Positions 18,732-28,930 of a stretch of 57,696 nucleotides of DNA are shown here, one piece after another (position 1 is the first letter of the stretch; each line of letters opens with the position of its first letter). The position numbers were made by a program, and so were the translations under genes. Below the pieces are notes generated by a model. The model had not been told where the DNA came from, made no database searches, and saw nothing but the letters and a program-made list of their open reading frames with translations. The DNA is from an uncultured Bacilli bacterium. GTDB taxonomy: Bacteria; Bacillota_I; Bacilli_A; RF39; UBA660. The stretch covers positions 1-57,696 of the forward strand of contig CANRLI010000001.1 in the NCBI GenBank assembly GCA_947631475.1. The letters run 5' to 3'.

Positions 18732-19289
18732 TTATCTAATTCGTTTGATGGTATGCTTGCGAGGATCTAAACGGTGCAGAGATGAAGTTGTAACATCAAA
18801 TTGTTGTTCATCAATGTCCAGAGGTTTTTTATTTAATATAAAGTATATCATATTAATAACTCCCCGATGAGTAATAAGCAAGGTATTTTCTTCTAAGGTC
18901 ATTATTTTTTTTAAATATGGAGATACTCGATTATATAAATCTTGAAGGGATTCACCTTGAGGATAACGCATATCAATGGTAACATCATCAAGATATGGTT
19001 GATAAAGTTTAGGTACTTTGTTCTTTAAAAGACCATTAAGAGCACCTTTATTTTGTTCTCTTAATTCACTACTTGGTAAGTATTCAACACCTAAAATATC
19101 ACTTACTATCTCGGCAGTTTCCATAGCTCTTTTAATATCACTAGAAATAACTCTTTTTATTTTTAAATGTTTACGCATCCAAAGAGCAGCGTCAATTACT
19201 TCTAGTTTACCTTCGGGTATTAAACAATTATCATTCCAACCATCTATATAACATTCATCATCTAGACCATGTCTCATTAAGTAAACCAT
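18732..19289 (-). CDS. histidine phosphatase (phosphoglycerate mutase-like) family protein
   Basis: N-terminal RHG motif (YLMRHGLDD) and a downstream ITHRGV (second catalytic His). AAGGAGG SD. Confidence 0.8.
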   Translation of the reverse strand: MVYLMRHGLDDECYIDGWNDNCLIPEGKLEVIDAALWMRKHLKIKRVISSDIKRAMETAEIVSDILGVEYLPSSELREQNKGALNGLLKNKVPKLYQPYLDDVTIDMRYPQGESLQDLYNRVSPYLKKIMTLEENTLLITHRGVINMIYFILNKKPLDIDEQQFDVTTSSLHRLDPRKHTIKRIR

Positions 19290-19307
19290 TTTAATCCTCC
19301 TTTATAA

Positions 19308-19985
19308 TTATAAAAAAATGTCTTTATCTTCAATCTGATCTTTAAATTTATATACTTTAGCAGGTTTATTACCTTCAAATTTATCAACTTGATTAGTATC
19401 TTCTATCAAATCAAGATTTAATATTTTCTTACGAAAGTTACGACGATCAAACTTTTTATTTAAAATAGCTTCGTAAGTTTTTTGTAATTCAGGTAAAGTA
19501 ACACCACTAGGAAATAAACTTTTCAAAATATTAGTTTTAACTATTTCTTTACGTAGTTCAATGATTGCTTCTTGTAATATTTCTTCATGATCAAAGCCTA
19601 AAGGAGGAATTTGATCTATGGCAAACCAATCAGCGTTTGAGGTATTTTTAGTTTCTCTTAAAATATTAACTCTTTTGCTATCAATAAGACCAATAAAACC
19701 AATAGCAACCATCCGAATTACAGGTGAACGATCAACTTTACCAAAAGCTTTAAATTGCTTTATTTTAACATCGGTAATACCGGTTTTTTCAGCAATTTCT
19801 CTTAAAGCGCCAGTTTCAAGATCTTCATTATTATATAAAGCACCACCAGTTAAAACCCACTCACCTAAGAATGGTTCATTTTTTCGTTTGATAAGTAAGA
19901 CTTTCGTTACACCTTGGATAACGGTAAAAAGAGCTGTAATAACATGAATACCTTGACCTTGATAAAGTTTATTTTTTATATCCAT
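19308..19985 (-). CDS. Nudix hydrolase fused to a C-terminal winged-helix domain (NrtR-like)
   Basis: Nudix box GGALYNNEDLETGALREIAEKTG and a C-terminal ~90 aa region typical of the NrtR wHTH. I chose ATG 19985 (AGGTGG SD), because the track's first ATG overlaps the predicted -10 box. Confidence 0.7.
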   Translation of the reverse strand: MDIKNKLYQGQGIHVITALFTVIQGVTKVLLIKRKNEPFLGEWVLTGGALYNNEDLETGALREIAEKTGITDVKIKQFKAFGKVDRSPVIRMVAIGFIGLIDSKRVNILRETKNTSNADWFAIDQIPPLGFDHEEILQEAIIELRKEIVKTNILKSLFPSGVTLPELQKTYEAILNKKFDRRNFRKKILNLDLIEDTNQVDKFEGNKPAKVYKFKDQIEDKDIFL

Positions 19986-20001
19986 TGTACCACCTAACAT
20001 C

Positions 20002-20030
20002 ATTATATGCGTATATTATACACTTGTCAA
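20002..20030 (-). promoter_or_regulatory. sigma-A type promoter of the Nudix/NrtR-like gene (TTGACA-17-TATAAT)
   Basis: Consensus hexamers at 20025-20030 and 20002-20007. It overlaps a 7-11-7 inverted repeat GTATATT...AATATAC (20011-20035). Confidence 0.55.
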
Positions 20031-20086
20031 TATACTATTTTATTATTTTTGAAATATGCTATAATACATAATGAAGGGTGATTTAG

Positions 20087-20614
20087 ATGATACTAGTATG
20101 TTTTATTTTATTGTGTCTTATTTGCTTAGTTAAAATTGTCAATAACAACGATATTATAAAAGAAAAACAAAAAAGTACTGAAGATAAAGCAAATATTAAG
20201 AATGCTAGAAAAGTATATAGTAATTCTAAAACAGCACAAATATTATTAATTTTAGTAGGCGTTACTATTTTAATAATCATCTTATGTCAATTTACTAAGA
20301 TTGATACTATTATCATTAATTATTTTTCAAGTGATTTTTATGAAGAAGATTTTTTCAAGATGAATTATTACTATTTACCAGCCTTTTTGTTAGTGATTAG
20401 ACAAATAATTATTGAAGTTAAAGTTTCAGAATTTCTTTATAAGTATTTTAATGTAACAGAAGAAGAAATAAATACGAAAGATTTAATAAAAGGAATTTTA
20501 TATAAAAAGAAACCTGCTAATAATAAGGAGCAGGCAAAAGAAGAAATAGAAACACAAGTTAGTGATACAAGTGCTTTACCAGAAGAACAGAGGGATGAAG
20601 AAGCTAAAAATTAG
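20087..20614 (+). CDS. hypothetical membrane protein
   Basis: Three hydrophobic segments and an acidic/basic C-terminal tail. An extended -10 TGCTATAAT lies at 20057-20065. Confidence 0.5.
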   Translation: MILVCFILLCLICLVKIVNNNDIIKEKQKSTEDKANIKNARKVYSNSKTAQILLILVGVTILIIILCQFTKIDTIIINYFSSDFYEEDFFKMNYYYLPAFLLVIRQIIIEVKVSEFLYKYFNVTEEEINTKDLIKGILYKKKPANNKEQAKEEIETQVSDTSALPEEQRDEEAKN

Positions 20615-20621
20615 CTTTTTT

Positions 20622-21554
20622 TTATTCCATAACAACAAATTTAATAAGGAAATCTAAATTAGTCCCCTCTTCTTCAAGCATCATATCTATATCGCGACTT
20701 TCTAACCACATATATATTTTGACTTTCGTAATACCACTTTGAATCGTAAATAATCTTTGTGATTCAGGTATCACTTGCGGTGTATTTAGATCAGGTTCAA
20801 CGTATGAAAAAGAAGAACTAGCCGCAATATCATTAAGATTTAATGATGTAAATGGTTTAGCTATAGCTCGATATGATAATTCATCATCGTTTAAAGATAA
20901 GGAGTGTTCTTTAGCATACTGAAGAGAAGCTTCGCTATGTGTATCACAATTGGGTTGCCAAATGATGGCATTAATACCGCCATTTAAATTTTGAGCGATA
21001 CTTTTATCACTACTATTAGAAGTACCCTCAACAATAAAAGCTATACGAGCTGCATTTTGTAATTGATTCTTAGCCGAACTTTGGACATAAGAACTATTAG
21101 CTAAACCGATATTAGTCGGTTCTGAAGCCTTAAAAAATAAATCATAAGTTATATAATAAGCATCTTGGCAATCATCACCAAGGCAATTAGTATCACTTTG
21201 TTTAAAACTACTAATAAAATATGCATTTTTTTCTTTAGTTAACTGTTCATAATAAAGATCTAATTGACCATTTTGAACTATCCCACTACTACTGACGCGT
21301 GATAAAACATTGGGTAGTTGGTTACGAGCGGTTTTATAATTAGTTTTGGCATTTTTTAATTTATCTTGATTAATTTTTTTAGTAAAGTTAATCGCATCAG
21401 CGGAAATTTCAACATCACCTATTAATTCAAGATTAATATTAATAGACGATGATTTAAATGAATAATGAAATAGAAAATAAAAAAGACAAGTAATTAGCAA
21501 AATAATGATAAAAATACTGATAATTACTTTTTGTGATTTTTGCAAAGAGTTCAC
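20622..21554 (-). CDS. hypothetical signal-anchored extracytoplasmic protein
   Basis: N-terminal TM helix (VIISIFIIILLITCLFYFLF). Uses a non-ATG start (GTG 21554 or TTG 21545). No motif recognised. Confidence 0.5.
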   Translation of the reverse strand: MNSLQKSQKVIISIFIIILLITCLFYFLFHYSFKSSSININLELIGDVEISADAINFTKKINQDKLKNAKTNYKTARNQLPNVLSRVSSSGIVQNGQLDLYYEQLTKEKNAYFISSFKQSDTNCLGDDCQDAYYITYDLFFKASEPTNIGLANSSYVQSSAKNQLQNAARIAFIVEGTSNSSDKSIAQNLNGGINAIIWQPNCDTHSEASLQYAKEHSLSLNDDELSYRAIAKPFTSLNLNDIAASSSFSYVEPDLNTPQVIPESQRLFTIQSGITKVKIYMWLESRDIDMMLEEEGTNLDFLIKFVVME

Positions 21555-21635
21555 CTTCTTATTACTATTTAGTATAAAACTTTTTGATAGTTATTGTAAA
21601 TATCCTATTATTTATTATCACACTAAAAAAGATAA

Positions 21636-23759
21636 CTATGCGTTACCTTTTAAATAAAGTTCATTATGATTATCAAGATCAATTGTTATTTGGGTATTAT
21701 CAACAATACTATTATCAATTAATTTCATAGCAATTAAAGTTTCAACTTTATCAGAAACGTATCGTTTAATAGGACGGGCACCAAAATTTTCATCATAAGA
21801 TTGATTAATAATATATTCTTTGGCGGCCTTTGTTAAATTGACTACTATTTGGCGGTCTTTTAAGCGGTCGTTAATTTGCATAATTATCTTATCAAGGATT
21901 TGATAAACGACATCTTTGCCTAAACTATTAAAATAAATAATTTCATCAATACGATTTAAAAATTCAGGTTTAAAGGTTTTTTTAAGTTCTTGATTTAATA
22001 ATTCATCTTTATTAGGTAGATTTTCTAAAATATATTCACTACCTAAATTACTAGTCATAATAATAATGGTATTTTTAAAATCAACTGTACGACCTTGGCT
22101 ATCAGTAATACGTCCATCATCTAAAATTTGGAGTAATATATTGAAAACATCAGGATGAGCTTTTTCTATTTCATCAAAAAGAACAATAGAATATGGATTT
22201 CTTCTGACAGCTTCAGTTAATTGGCCACCTTCGTCGTAACCAATGTAGCCAGGAGCAGCACCAATCAAACGTGAGACATTGAAGCTTTCCATATATTCAC
22301 TCATATCAATACGAATCATATGGCGTTCATCGTCGAATAACTCATAAGCTAAGGTACGAGCAACTTCAGTTTTACCAACGCCTGTAGGTCCTAGGAAAAG
22401 AAAGGAACCAATTGGACGATTAGGATCTTTAATTCCTGCCCTACTTCTAATTATGGCATTAGAGACCTTTTTTAAAGCATCATCTTGACCAATTACACGT
22501 TTTTTCATGCTTTCTTCAAGCTTCAGTAATTTTTCTTTTTCGCCTTCAACTAATTTAGAAACAGGCACATTTGTCCATTTTGAAACGATTTGAGCAATAT
22601 CCTCTTCGTTGACAGTATCGCTTATTAAGACATTGGTGTTCTTTTTTTGTAAATCTTCTAATTCATGTTCTAAGCGTGGAATATCGCCATGACGAAGACG
22701 AGCGGCCGTATCAAGGTCATAACTATTTTCAGCTTCTTTTAAACGATATCTTAAATTTTCAAGTGTTTTTTTCGTTTCACTTATTTTATTGTTTACTTCT
22801 TTTTCTTTGTTAAAGTCTTCTTTTAATTTAGATTCTTGTAATTTTAAATTATATAATTCATCATCAATTTCTTGAAGTCTTTTTTTACTTTGATCATCTT
22901 TTTCTTTTTTTAAAGATTGTCTTTCTATTTCAAGAAGCATTATTTTACGAGTTAAGATATCTAGACTAACTGGGACACTGTCCATTTCAACTTTAATGGT
23001 AGCACATGCTTCGTCAATCAAGTCAATGGCTTTATCAGGTAAATAACGATCGGTAATGTAACGATCTGATAAAGTGGCAGCAGCAATTAAGGCACGGTCT
23101 TTAATATTAACACCATGATGAACTTCAAAACGTTCTTTTAAACCACGTAAAATAGCGATAGTATCTAAGACACTTGGTGCTTTGACAATAATCTTTTGAA
23201 AACGTCTTTCTAAGGCACCATCTTTTTCTATAAATTTACGATATTCATTTAAAGTAGTCGCCCCAATACATTTAATCTCCCCACGAGCTAGCATTGGTTT
23301 TAACATATTACCAACATTCATTGTTCCTTCTTGAGAATCACCTACAATCATATGAATTTCATCAATAAACATTATAATATTGCCATTAGATTCTTTTATT
23401 TTATTTAAAACTGCTTTTAGTCTTTCTTCAAATTCTCCACGATATTTAGCACCTGCGACTAAAGCAGCTAAATCAAGTTCCCAGACTGTTTTATTTTTTA
23501 AACTATCAGGGACATCGCCGTTTATTATTCTTAAAGCTAAGCCTTCAACAATAGCTGTTTTACCAACACCAGGCTCACCAATTAAAACAGGATTATTTTT
23601 TGTTTTACGCGATAAAATTCTGGTGATACTTCTTATTTCTTCATCACGACCAATAACAGGATCAATCTTGTTTTCTTTGGCAGAAACAGTTATATCACGA
23701 CCATATTTAACTAAGACATCTTCTTCTTCATTATTAGGCATATTGTATCCATAATTCAT
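21636..23759 (-). CDS. clpB: ClpB-type AAA+ disaggregase lacking the N-terminal domain
   Basis: Two Walker A sites ([16 protein letters not shown]), a long coiled-coil M-domain between the NBDs, and RFQKI. GGAGG SD 7 nt before ATG 23759. The protein begins just before NBD1 (VLVKYGRDI...PVIGRDEEI). Confidence 0.9.
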   Translation of the reverse strand: MNYGYNMPNNEEEDVLVKYGRDITVSAKENKIDPVIGRDEEIRSITRILSRKTKNNPVLIGEPGVGKTAIVEGLALRIINGDVPDSLKNKTVWELDLAALVAGAKYRGEFEERLKAVLNKIKESNGNIIMFIDEIHMIVGDSQEGTMNVGNMLKPMLARGEIKCIGATTLNEYRKFIEKDGALERRFQKIIVKAPSVLDTIAILRGLKERFEVHHGVNIKDRALIAAATLSDRYITDRYLPDKAIDLIDEACATIKVEMDSVPVSLDILTRKIMLLEIERQSLKKEKDDQSKKRLQEIDDELYNLKLQESKLKEDFNKEKEVNNKISETKKTLENLRYRLKEAENSYDLDTAARLRHGDIPRLEHELEDLQKKNTNVLISDTVNEEDIAQIVSKWTNVPVSKLVEGEKEKLLKLEESMKKRVIGQDDALKKVSNAIIRSRAGIKDPNRPIGSFLFLGPTGVGKTEVARTLAYELFDDERHMIRIDMSEYMESFNVSRLIGAAPGYIGYDEGGQLTEAVRRNPYSIVLFDEIEKAHPDVFNILLQILDDGRITDSQGRTVDFKNTIIIMTSNLGSEYILENLPNKDELLNQELKKTFKPEFLNRIDEIIYFNSLGKDVVYQILDKIIMQINDRLKDRQIVVNLTKAAKEYIINQSYDENFGARPIKRYVSDKVETLIAMKLIDNSIVDNTQITIDLDNHNELYLKGNA

Positions 23760-23783
23760 AATAATTCCTCCGTTTCAGTAATC

Positions 23784-23811
23784 ATTATACTCTAAAATTA
23801 GCACTTGTCAA
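23784..23811 (-). promoter_or_regulatory. sigma-A type promoter of clpB (TTGACA-16-TATAAT)
   Basis: -35 at 23806-23811 lies inside the CIRCE spacer; -10 at 23784-23789. Confidence 0.65.
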
Positions 23812-23824
23812 TATAGAGTGCTAA
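23798..23824. promoter_or_regulatory. CIRCE element (HrcA operator)
   Basis: TTAGCACTT-GTCAATATA-GAGTGCTAA, which has one mismatch to the consensus TTAGCACTC-N9-GAGTGCTAA. Confidence 0.9.
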
Positions 23825-23842
23825 TTTTGACTTTTAAAAAAA

Positions 23843-24559
23843 CTATTTTAAAGAAAAAAGTAAAATAGCTTTTCCAACTTCTTTAACATGGGTGGTTCCA
23901 ATATCATGACCACCATCTTTTATGATAATAATATTATTAGTATATTCATTTCCTAAATAATTTATTACTTGATGTGGATTAACTTGATTATCTTGATCCC
24001 CATAGATAATAATAAAGTCCGGAGCAGGAATCTTTTTAATTTCATCTGTTAGGTCTTCTCTAACAATAGATTGGTATGAAGCACGTAAAAATTTAGTTCC
24101 ATAGACCATTTCTTCAGTTTTAACTATATGAATTAAATATAAATCGCGGATAAAATTACGTAGACCCGAGATAGCTTTAGGAGTTTTAAAAAATTTCTTA
24201 CTACTATTTTGATTTCTAATAATGGCTGGCGAAACTAAAATTAATTTCGCAGAATCTTGATACTTAGTTTTGTATCTAATGGCTACTGCTCCACCAAAGC
24301 TATATCCTAAAATATAATCTATTTTTAAATTATTTTTTTTAATATATTCATATATATATGTGGCATAATCATCTAAAGTCCAGCTTTTTGATGGTTCTTC
24401 TGCCCCACAAAAGCCAGGAAGATTAAGTTTATATACTTGAAAGTTTTTTTCAAGTTCATCAACCATAATTTTGCGATTATGCCAGGCATCTTTTTCGGTA
24501 GTTTGAGATGTATAATTGAGATAATTCCAACCATGAATTAGTAACATTGTTTTTCTCAT
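23843..24559 (-). CDS. alpha/beta hydrolase
   Basis: Nucleophile elbow GYSFGG, LLIHGW oxyanion region, and C-terminal GDQD ... GGHD. ATGA overlap with the upstream gene. Confidence 0.8.
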   Translation of the reverse strand: MRKTMLLIHGWNYLNYTSQTTEKDAWHNRKIMVDELEKNFQVYKLNLPGFCGAEEPSKSWTLDDYATYIYEYIKKNNLKIDYILGYSFGGAVAIRYKTKYQDSAKLILVSPAIIRNQNSSKKFFKTPKAISGLRNFIRDLYLIHIVKTEEMVYGTKFLRASYQSIVREDLTDEIKKIPAPDFIIIYGDQDNQVNPHQVINYLGNEYTNNIIIIKDGGHDIGTTHVKEVGKAILLFSLK

Positions 24560-25995
24560 TTAGCTTTGCCTCCTTTAGTAAGAATAATTTTATAAGCATC
24601 ATTTTTTATATCAAGTAGATTTTGCATAGTAACTTTATCATAATCTCTAAAATAGCCACTATAATGATAAAAGATATGACCAGAATAATTATTTAAGAAG
24701 TCATGATTATGGACAACTATAGTATTTGCTTTAGTATTTAATAAATTTAAATAAGCTATATCATCAAATAAGTAAACATAATCATAATTGGCAAACAATT
24801 CTGGGACATGTGAATAATCTTCTATTTCTTCGGCTGAACCAAATTTTCTGATGACTAAAATTTTATTTTGATAATGGTTATTACTTAATTGTTTTAAGCG
24901 CTCATAGGAACTTATATCACCATCAAAAAGAACATTTTTACCAAATAATTGACATTTGGTAAGACGTTTTTCAACAGGGACATATTCATTTAAAGCATTA
25001 ATAATCGCTTGCTGATTAATTTGAAATAATAAACCAAGCTCATAAGCTAAAGAATATTGAATAAGAGATAACTGAGATAGTAAATAAGGTTTGATAATTT
25101 GTTTATCTAAAATAAATTTGTCATCTTGACAATATTTATTAGTCATAAAGGGTTGTAAATGAGACATTGATGTTGCAAATAAAGCTTGGTTAGCAAAATA
25201 TAAAACATTATCTTGTAAATGAAGTTTTTTGATATATTCATTTTGTTCATTATAAAAGCCTATTTTAGCATGTCTAAATATTTCAGCTTTTGCAACTGCT
25301 AAGTCTTCGATTGTATTCATTCCATCTTTATATAAGTGTTCTGAATTTAAAGTTATAAAACAAGCGATATCAGGTTTTAAGATTGTACTTAAAACTTTGA
25401 CATGGTCTTTATAATATATAGAATTTTCTAAAGTGATAATTTCTATACCTTCAACTAATAAATTTATAATATGAGCTTTTAGTAAGATAGGGGTTATTCT
25501 TTTATGGTAAATACGATGGACTTTATATTGGGTAGATAAGACTTTTTCAATAAGACCAACACAGGTTGTTTTACCAACACTTCCAGTTACAGCTATTACT
25601 TGAGGATGGATTTTATTTAGTTGGTATGTATATAGTTTGTCAATAGCATCATAAAGATTATTAACAACAATATATTGATATTTATCATTATCAAAAAGAG
25701 ATAACATATTAGTTTCAACAATATAAGTATATTCAGGATGCTTAGCCATAATTTCAGCTATTTTAGGGCGTAAATCAACATAACGAGGCATCCAACTATC
25801 TTGGATATCATATTCGGTAAAGTAAATAGGAAAAAATAAAATATTATAATTTTTTGTTTCATATTCTTTACCAAGTGAGACTATTCTTAAATAATCAAAG
25901 ATACAATCTTCATCGGAAACATGGGTTTTGATGACATCACATATATCTATTAATTCACGTAATTTAAATTTATTTGTTTTGTTCATAAAAATCAT
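24556..25995 (-). CDS. divergent Mur-ligase-family protein (MurF-like P-loop)
   Basis: VIAVTGSVGKTTCVGLIEKVL and PDIACFITLNSEHL fit the Mur ligase central domain. The usual C-terminal MurF motifs (DAYNANP etc.) are not recognisable. Confidence 0.6.
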   Translation of the reverse strand: MIFMNKTNKFKLRELIDICDVIKTHVSDEDCIFDYLRIVSLGKEYETKNYNILFFPIYFTEYDIQDSWMPRYVDLRPKIAEIMAKHPEYTYIVETNMLSLFDNDKYQYIVVNNLYDAIDKLYTYQLNKIHPQVIAVTGSVGKTTCVGLIEKVLSTQYKVHRIYHKRITPILLKAHIINLLVEGIEIITLENSIYYKDHVKVLSTILKPDIACFITLNSEHLYKDGMNTIEDLAVAKAEIFRHAKIGFYNEQNEYIKKLHLQDNVLYFANQALFATSMSHLQPFMTNKYCQDDKFILDKQIIKPYLLSQLSLIQYSLAYELGLLFQINQQAIINALNEYVPVEKRLTKCQLFGKNVLFDGDISSYERLKQLSNNHYQNKILVIRKFGSAEEIEDYSHVPELFANYDYVYLFDDIAYLNLLNTKANTIVVHNHDFLNNYSGHIFYHYSGYFRDYDKVTMQNLLDIKNDAYKIILTKGGKAK

Positions 25996-26056
25996 TCCAT
26001 ATTAATAATTATAACAAAAAAGCAGATTTAATGCTTAAATAATCTGCTTTGTTTTA

Positions 26057-28477
26057 TTATTTAACAACTATGTTAACAATTTTACCTTTTACGACAATCA
26101 CTTTGACAATTTCTTTGCCCTCCGTAAATTTAATGACATTAGGTTCAGCCATGGCTTTAGATTTAATGGTTGCTTCGTCTTCATCAATATTAATAGTTAT
26201 AGAAGCTCTTAACTTACCATTGACTTGAACACCGATAGTTTTTTCATTATCAATCGTTTTAGTTTCGTCATAAATTGGCCATTGGCTATTACAAATTGGT
26301 TCATAACCTATTTGTTCGTTTAGTTCTTCAGTGATATGTGGAGCAAGCGGATTTAATAAAGTCAATAAGATATGATAATCAGCTTTAGTAATTGCGTTTT
26401 TATCATCATAAGCATTAGCTAAGATCATTAAGGTTGAAACGACTGTATTGTAAGCCATATGGGTTAAATCGTATTCAACTTTTTTAATACTCTTATGAAT
26501 TAGGCTTTCTAAGTCTTGAGAGTATTCTGAATTTTCAATTACTTTGTCTTTTAATCTAACTACTTTATCAATAAAACGTTTACAGCCTCTTAAAGAATCG
26601 GTACTCCATGGGGCATCTTGTTCATAATCACCCATAAACATTTCGTAAACTCTTAAAGTATCAGCACCATATTCTTTAATAATATCATCAGGATTAATAA
26701 CATTGCCTTTAGATTTACTCATTTTTTCATTGTTTGATCCTAAAACCATACCATGACTAACACGGGTCCAAATCATTTCTTTATTTGGAACTAAGCCAAT
26801 GTTATATAGGAATTGAACCCAGAAACGAGCATATAGTAAGTGTCTAGCAGTATGTTCCATACCGCCGTTATACCAATCGACTCTATTCCAATATTTCATG
26901 GCATCCATACTAGCAAATTCTTGCGAATTATGAGCATCCATAAATCTTAGGAAGTACCAACTAGAACCAGCCCAGTTCGGCATTGTATCTGTTTCTCTTT
27001 TGGCTGGGCCACCACAACATGGACATGTGGTATTAACCCAGTCCGTGATGTTAGCAAGAGGACTTTCTCCATTTTCAGTTGGTTCATATTCAGCGACATC
27101 AGGAAGTAATAATGGCAAATCTTCTTCTTTCATAGGTTGCCAGCCACATTTTTCACAATAAATCATAGGAATTGGTTCGCCCCAGAAGCGTTGTCTTGAG
27201 AAAATCCAATCACGCATTTTGTAATTATTAACAACACGGCCTAAGCCTTTATCAACAAGCATTTTAGTAATAGCTTCTTTAGCTTCTTTGACACTCATTC
27301 CACTAAATTCACCAGAGTTAATTAATTTAGCTTCGGGATTATCTAGGTAATCATATTTTTCATAGGCTTTTTCTTCGATATTACCGCCTGTTATGACTTC
27401 AATAATATCAAGATGATGGGCTTTAGCATATTCAAAGTCTCTTTGATCATGGGAAGGAACAGCCATAACGGCACCGGTACCATAATCGCCTAAGACAAAG
27501 TCACCTAAGTAAATAGGAACGGCTTTACCATTAACGGGATTAATCGCTTGTATACCTTTAACTAAGACACCACTTTTACCTTTATTAAGTTCCGTACGAT
27601 CCATATTTGACTTTTTACTTGTTTCTTCAATATAGGCAAGTACTTCGTCTTTATTTTCAACACGAGGCATTAATTCTTTAATTAATTTACCATCAGGAGC
27701 AATAACAAAGAAAGTAATACCATAAATAGTTTCAATACAAGTTGTAAAAATAGAAAATTTACCCCCACCAACTATATCAATATCTACTTCAACACCAGTT
27801 GATTTGCCTATCCAATTTATTTGGCCTAATTTTACTTTTTCAGCAAAATTAGTATCATCTAAGCCTTTAAGTAAATCTTCGGCATAATTACTCATTCTAA
27901 GCATCCATTGGGCTTTTTCTTTTTGAATAACTGGACTACCACATCTTTCGCATACACCACCAGCTGCATCTTCATTAGATAAGACAGACTTACATGTAGG
28001 ACACCAGTTTACAGGTATAGTATCTTTATAAGCCATATCATGTTTATAAAATTGTAAGAATTGCCATTGTGTCCATTTATAGTATTCAGGATCAGTAGTT
28101 GAAAACTCCCTACTCCAATCAAATGAGAAGCCTAAGCTCTTCATTTGGCCCTTAAATGTTTTTATATTTTCTTGAACGGCTTGTTTAGGATGAATGTGAT
28201 TCTTGATAGCATATTGTTCAGCAGGAGCCCCAAAAGCATCCCAACCCATTGGGTATAAAACATTAAAACCTTGTAATCTTTTCATACGAGCTATTGCATC
28301 TTGAGCTGTATAGCTTCTAACATGGCCAACATGCAAACCTGCACCACTTGGATATGGAAATTCAACTAATATATAATATGGTTGTTTAGTTTTATCACCT
28401 GTTTTAGCTTCGAAAGTATGATGTTCATCCCAATAATCTTGCCATTTTTTTTCTATTTTATTAAAATTATATTCCAT
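26057..28477 (-). CDS. leuS: leucyl-tRNA synthetase
   Basis: HVGH (HIGH) motif, KMSKSKGN, Zn-binding CPTC/CERC, and CP1 editing domain length; 806 aa. Confidence 0.95.
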   Translation of the reverse strand: MEYNFNKIEKKWQDYWDEHHTFEAKTGDKTKQPYYILVEFPYPSGAGLHVGHVRSYTAQDAIARMKRLQGFNVLYPMGWDAFGAPAEQYAIKNHIHPKQAVQENIKTFKGQMKSLGFSFDWSREFSTTDPEYYKWTQWQFLQFYKHDMAYKDTIPVNWCPTCKSVLSNEDAAGGVCERCGSPVIQKEKAQWMLRMSNYAEDLLKGLDDTNFAEKVKLGQINWIGKSTGVEVDIDIVGGGKFSIFTTCIETIYGITFFVIAPDGKLIKELMPRVENKDEVLAYIEETSKKSNMDRTELNKGKSGVLVKGIQAINPVNGKAVPIYLGDFVLGDYGTGAVMAVPSHDQRDFEYAKAHHLDIIEVITGGNIEEKAYEKYDYLDNPEAKLINSGEFSGMSVKEAKEAITKMLVDKGLGRVVNNYKMRDWIFSRQRFWGEPIPMIYCEKCGWQPMKEEDLPLLLPDVAEYEPTENGESPLANITDWVNTTCPCCGGPAKRETDTMPNWAGSSWYFLRFMDAHNSQEFASMDAMKYWNRVDWYNGGMEHTARHLLYARFWVQFLYNIGLVPNKEMIWTRVSHGMVLGSNNEKMSKSKGNVINPDDIIKEYGADTLRVYEMFMGDYEQDAPWSTDSLRGCKRFIDKVVRLKDKVIENSEYSQDLESLIHKSIKKVEYDLTHMAYNTVVSTLMILANAYDDKNAITKADYHILLTLLNPLAPHITEELNEQIGYEPICNSQWPIYDETKTIDNEKTIGVQVNGKLRASITINIDEDEATIKSKAMAEPNVIKFTEGKEIVKVIVVKGKIVNIVVK

Positions 28478-28559
28478 TTTTATTTCTCCATTTCTAATTA
28501 TTATGTTTTAACCTTTAAGATATTTCTCATTTTTATCAGTTAAAAATTTAATAGCTATT

Positions 28560-28916
28560 TTATTTTTCATTTTTTTTACCCCATTTTCTATTTAAATATT
28601 TACCATATGTAAAATACATACTAAATATTAAGATTAAAATGATTAAAAAGGCGATAGCCAGTTTAAACATAATATTAACAGGGATTATGTCAATAATAGT
28701 GATAGTAAATGAGATAATAAAAGCATTTATGATAGCTATACCATTTAAACAACTACGATAATTCATTTGTTTTTTATCTAAATTAAATTTTTTAGTTAAG
28801 ATTACTAATTCTGATATTTTAGTATATTTTTCTTTTTTGAGCATACTATCATATATATAGTAATAAACAAAATATACTGCAACAAAAATTAATAAAAAGA
28901 ATATTAAATCAAACAC
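28560..28916 (-). CDS. small 3-TM membrane protein of unknown function, first ORF after the Leu T-box
   Basis: GTG 28916 lies 6 nt after an AAGGAG SD. The track's ATG extension (to 28955) sits inside the T-box terminator hairpin. Three hydrophobic helices and a basic C-terminus. Confidence 0.6.
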   Translation of the reverse strand: MFDLIFFLLIFVAVYFVYYYIYDSMLKKEKYTKISELVILTKKFNLDKKQMNYRSCLNGIAIINAFIISFTITIIDIIPVNIMFKLAIAFLIILILIFSMYFTYGKYLNRKWGKKNEK

Positions 28917-28930
28917 GTTCTCACTCCTTT

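Noticed and set aside
20021-20034. A 14-mer, CACTTGTCAATATA, identical to the core of the clpB CIRCE region (23802-23815); considered as a second CIRCE
   Set aside because: The flanks do not contain the TTAGCACTC / GAGTGCTAA arms. The shared sequence is simply a -35 TTGACA context on the minus strand.
23380-23754. 124-aa plus-strand ORF inside clpB, plus similar antisense ORFs at 7337-7600, 12096-12517, 19018-19251, 19618-19947, 33569-34390, 36268-36525, 40219-40476, 44461-44664, 48084-48299, 49570-49785, 52425-52673, 52972-53265 and 53725-53979
   Set aside because: All are nested antisense to, or out of frame within, strongly supported genes and lack ribosome-binding sites. I treat them as shadow ORFs.
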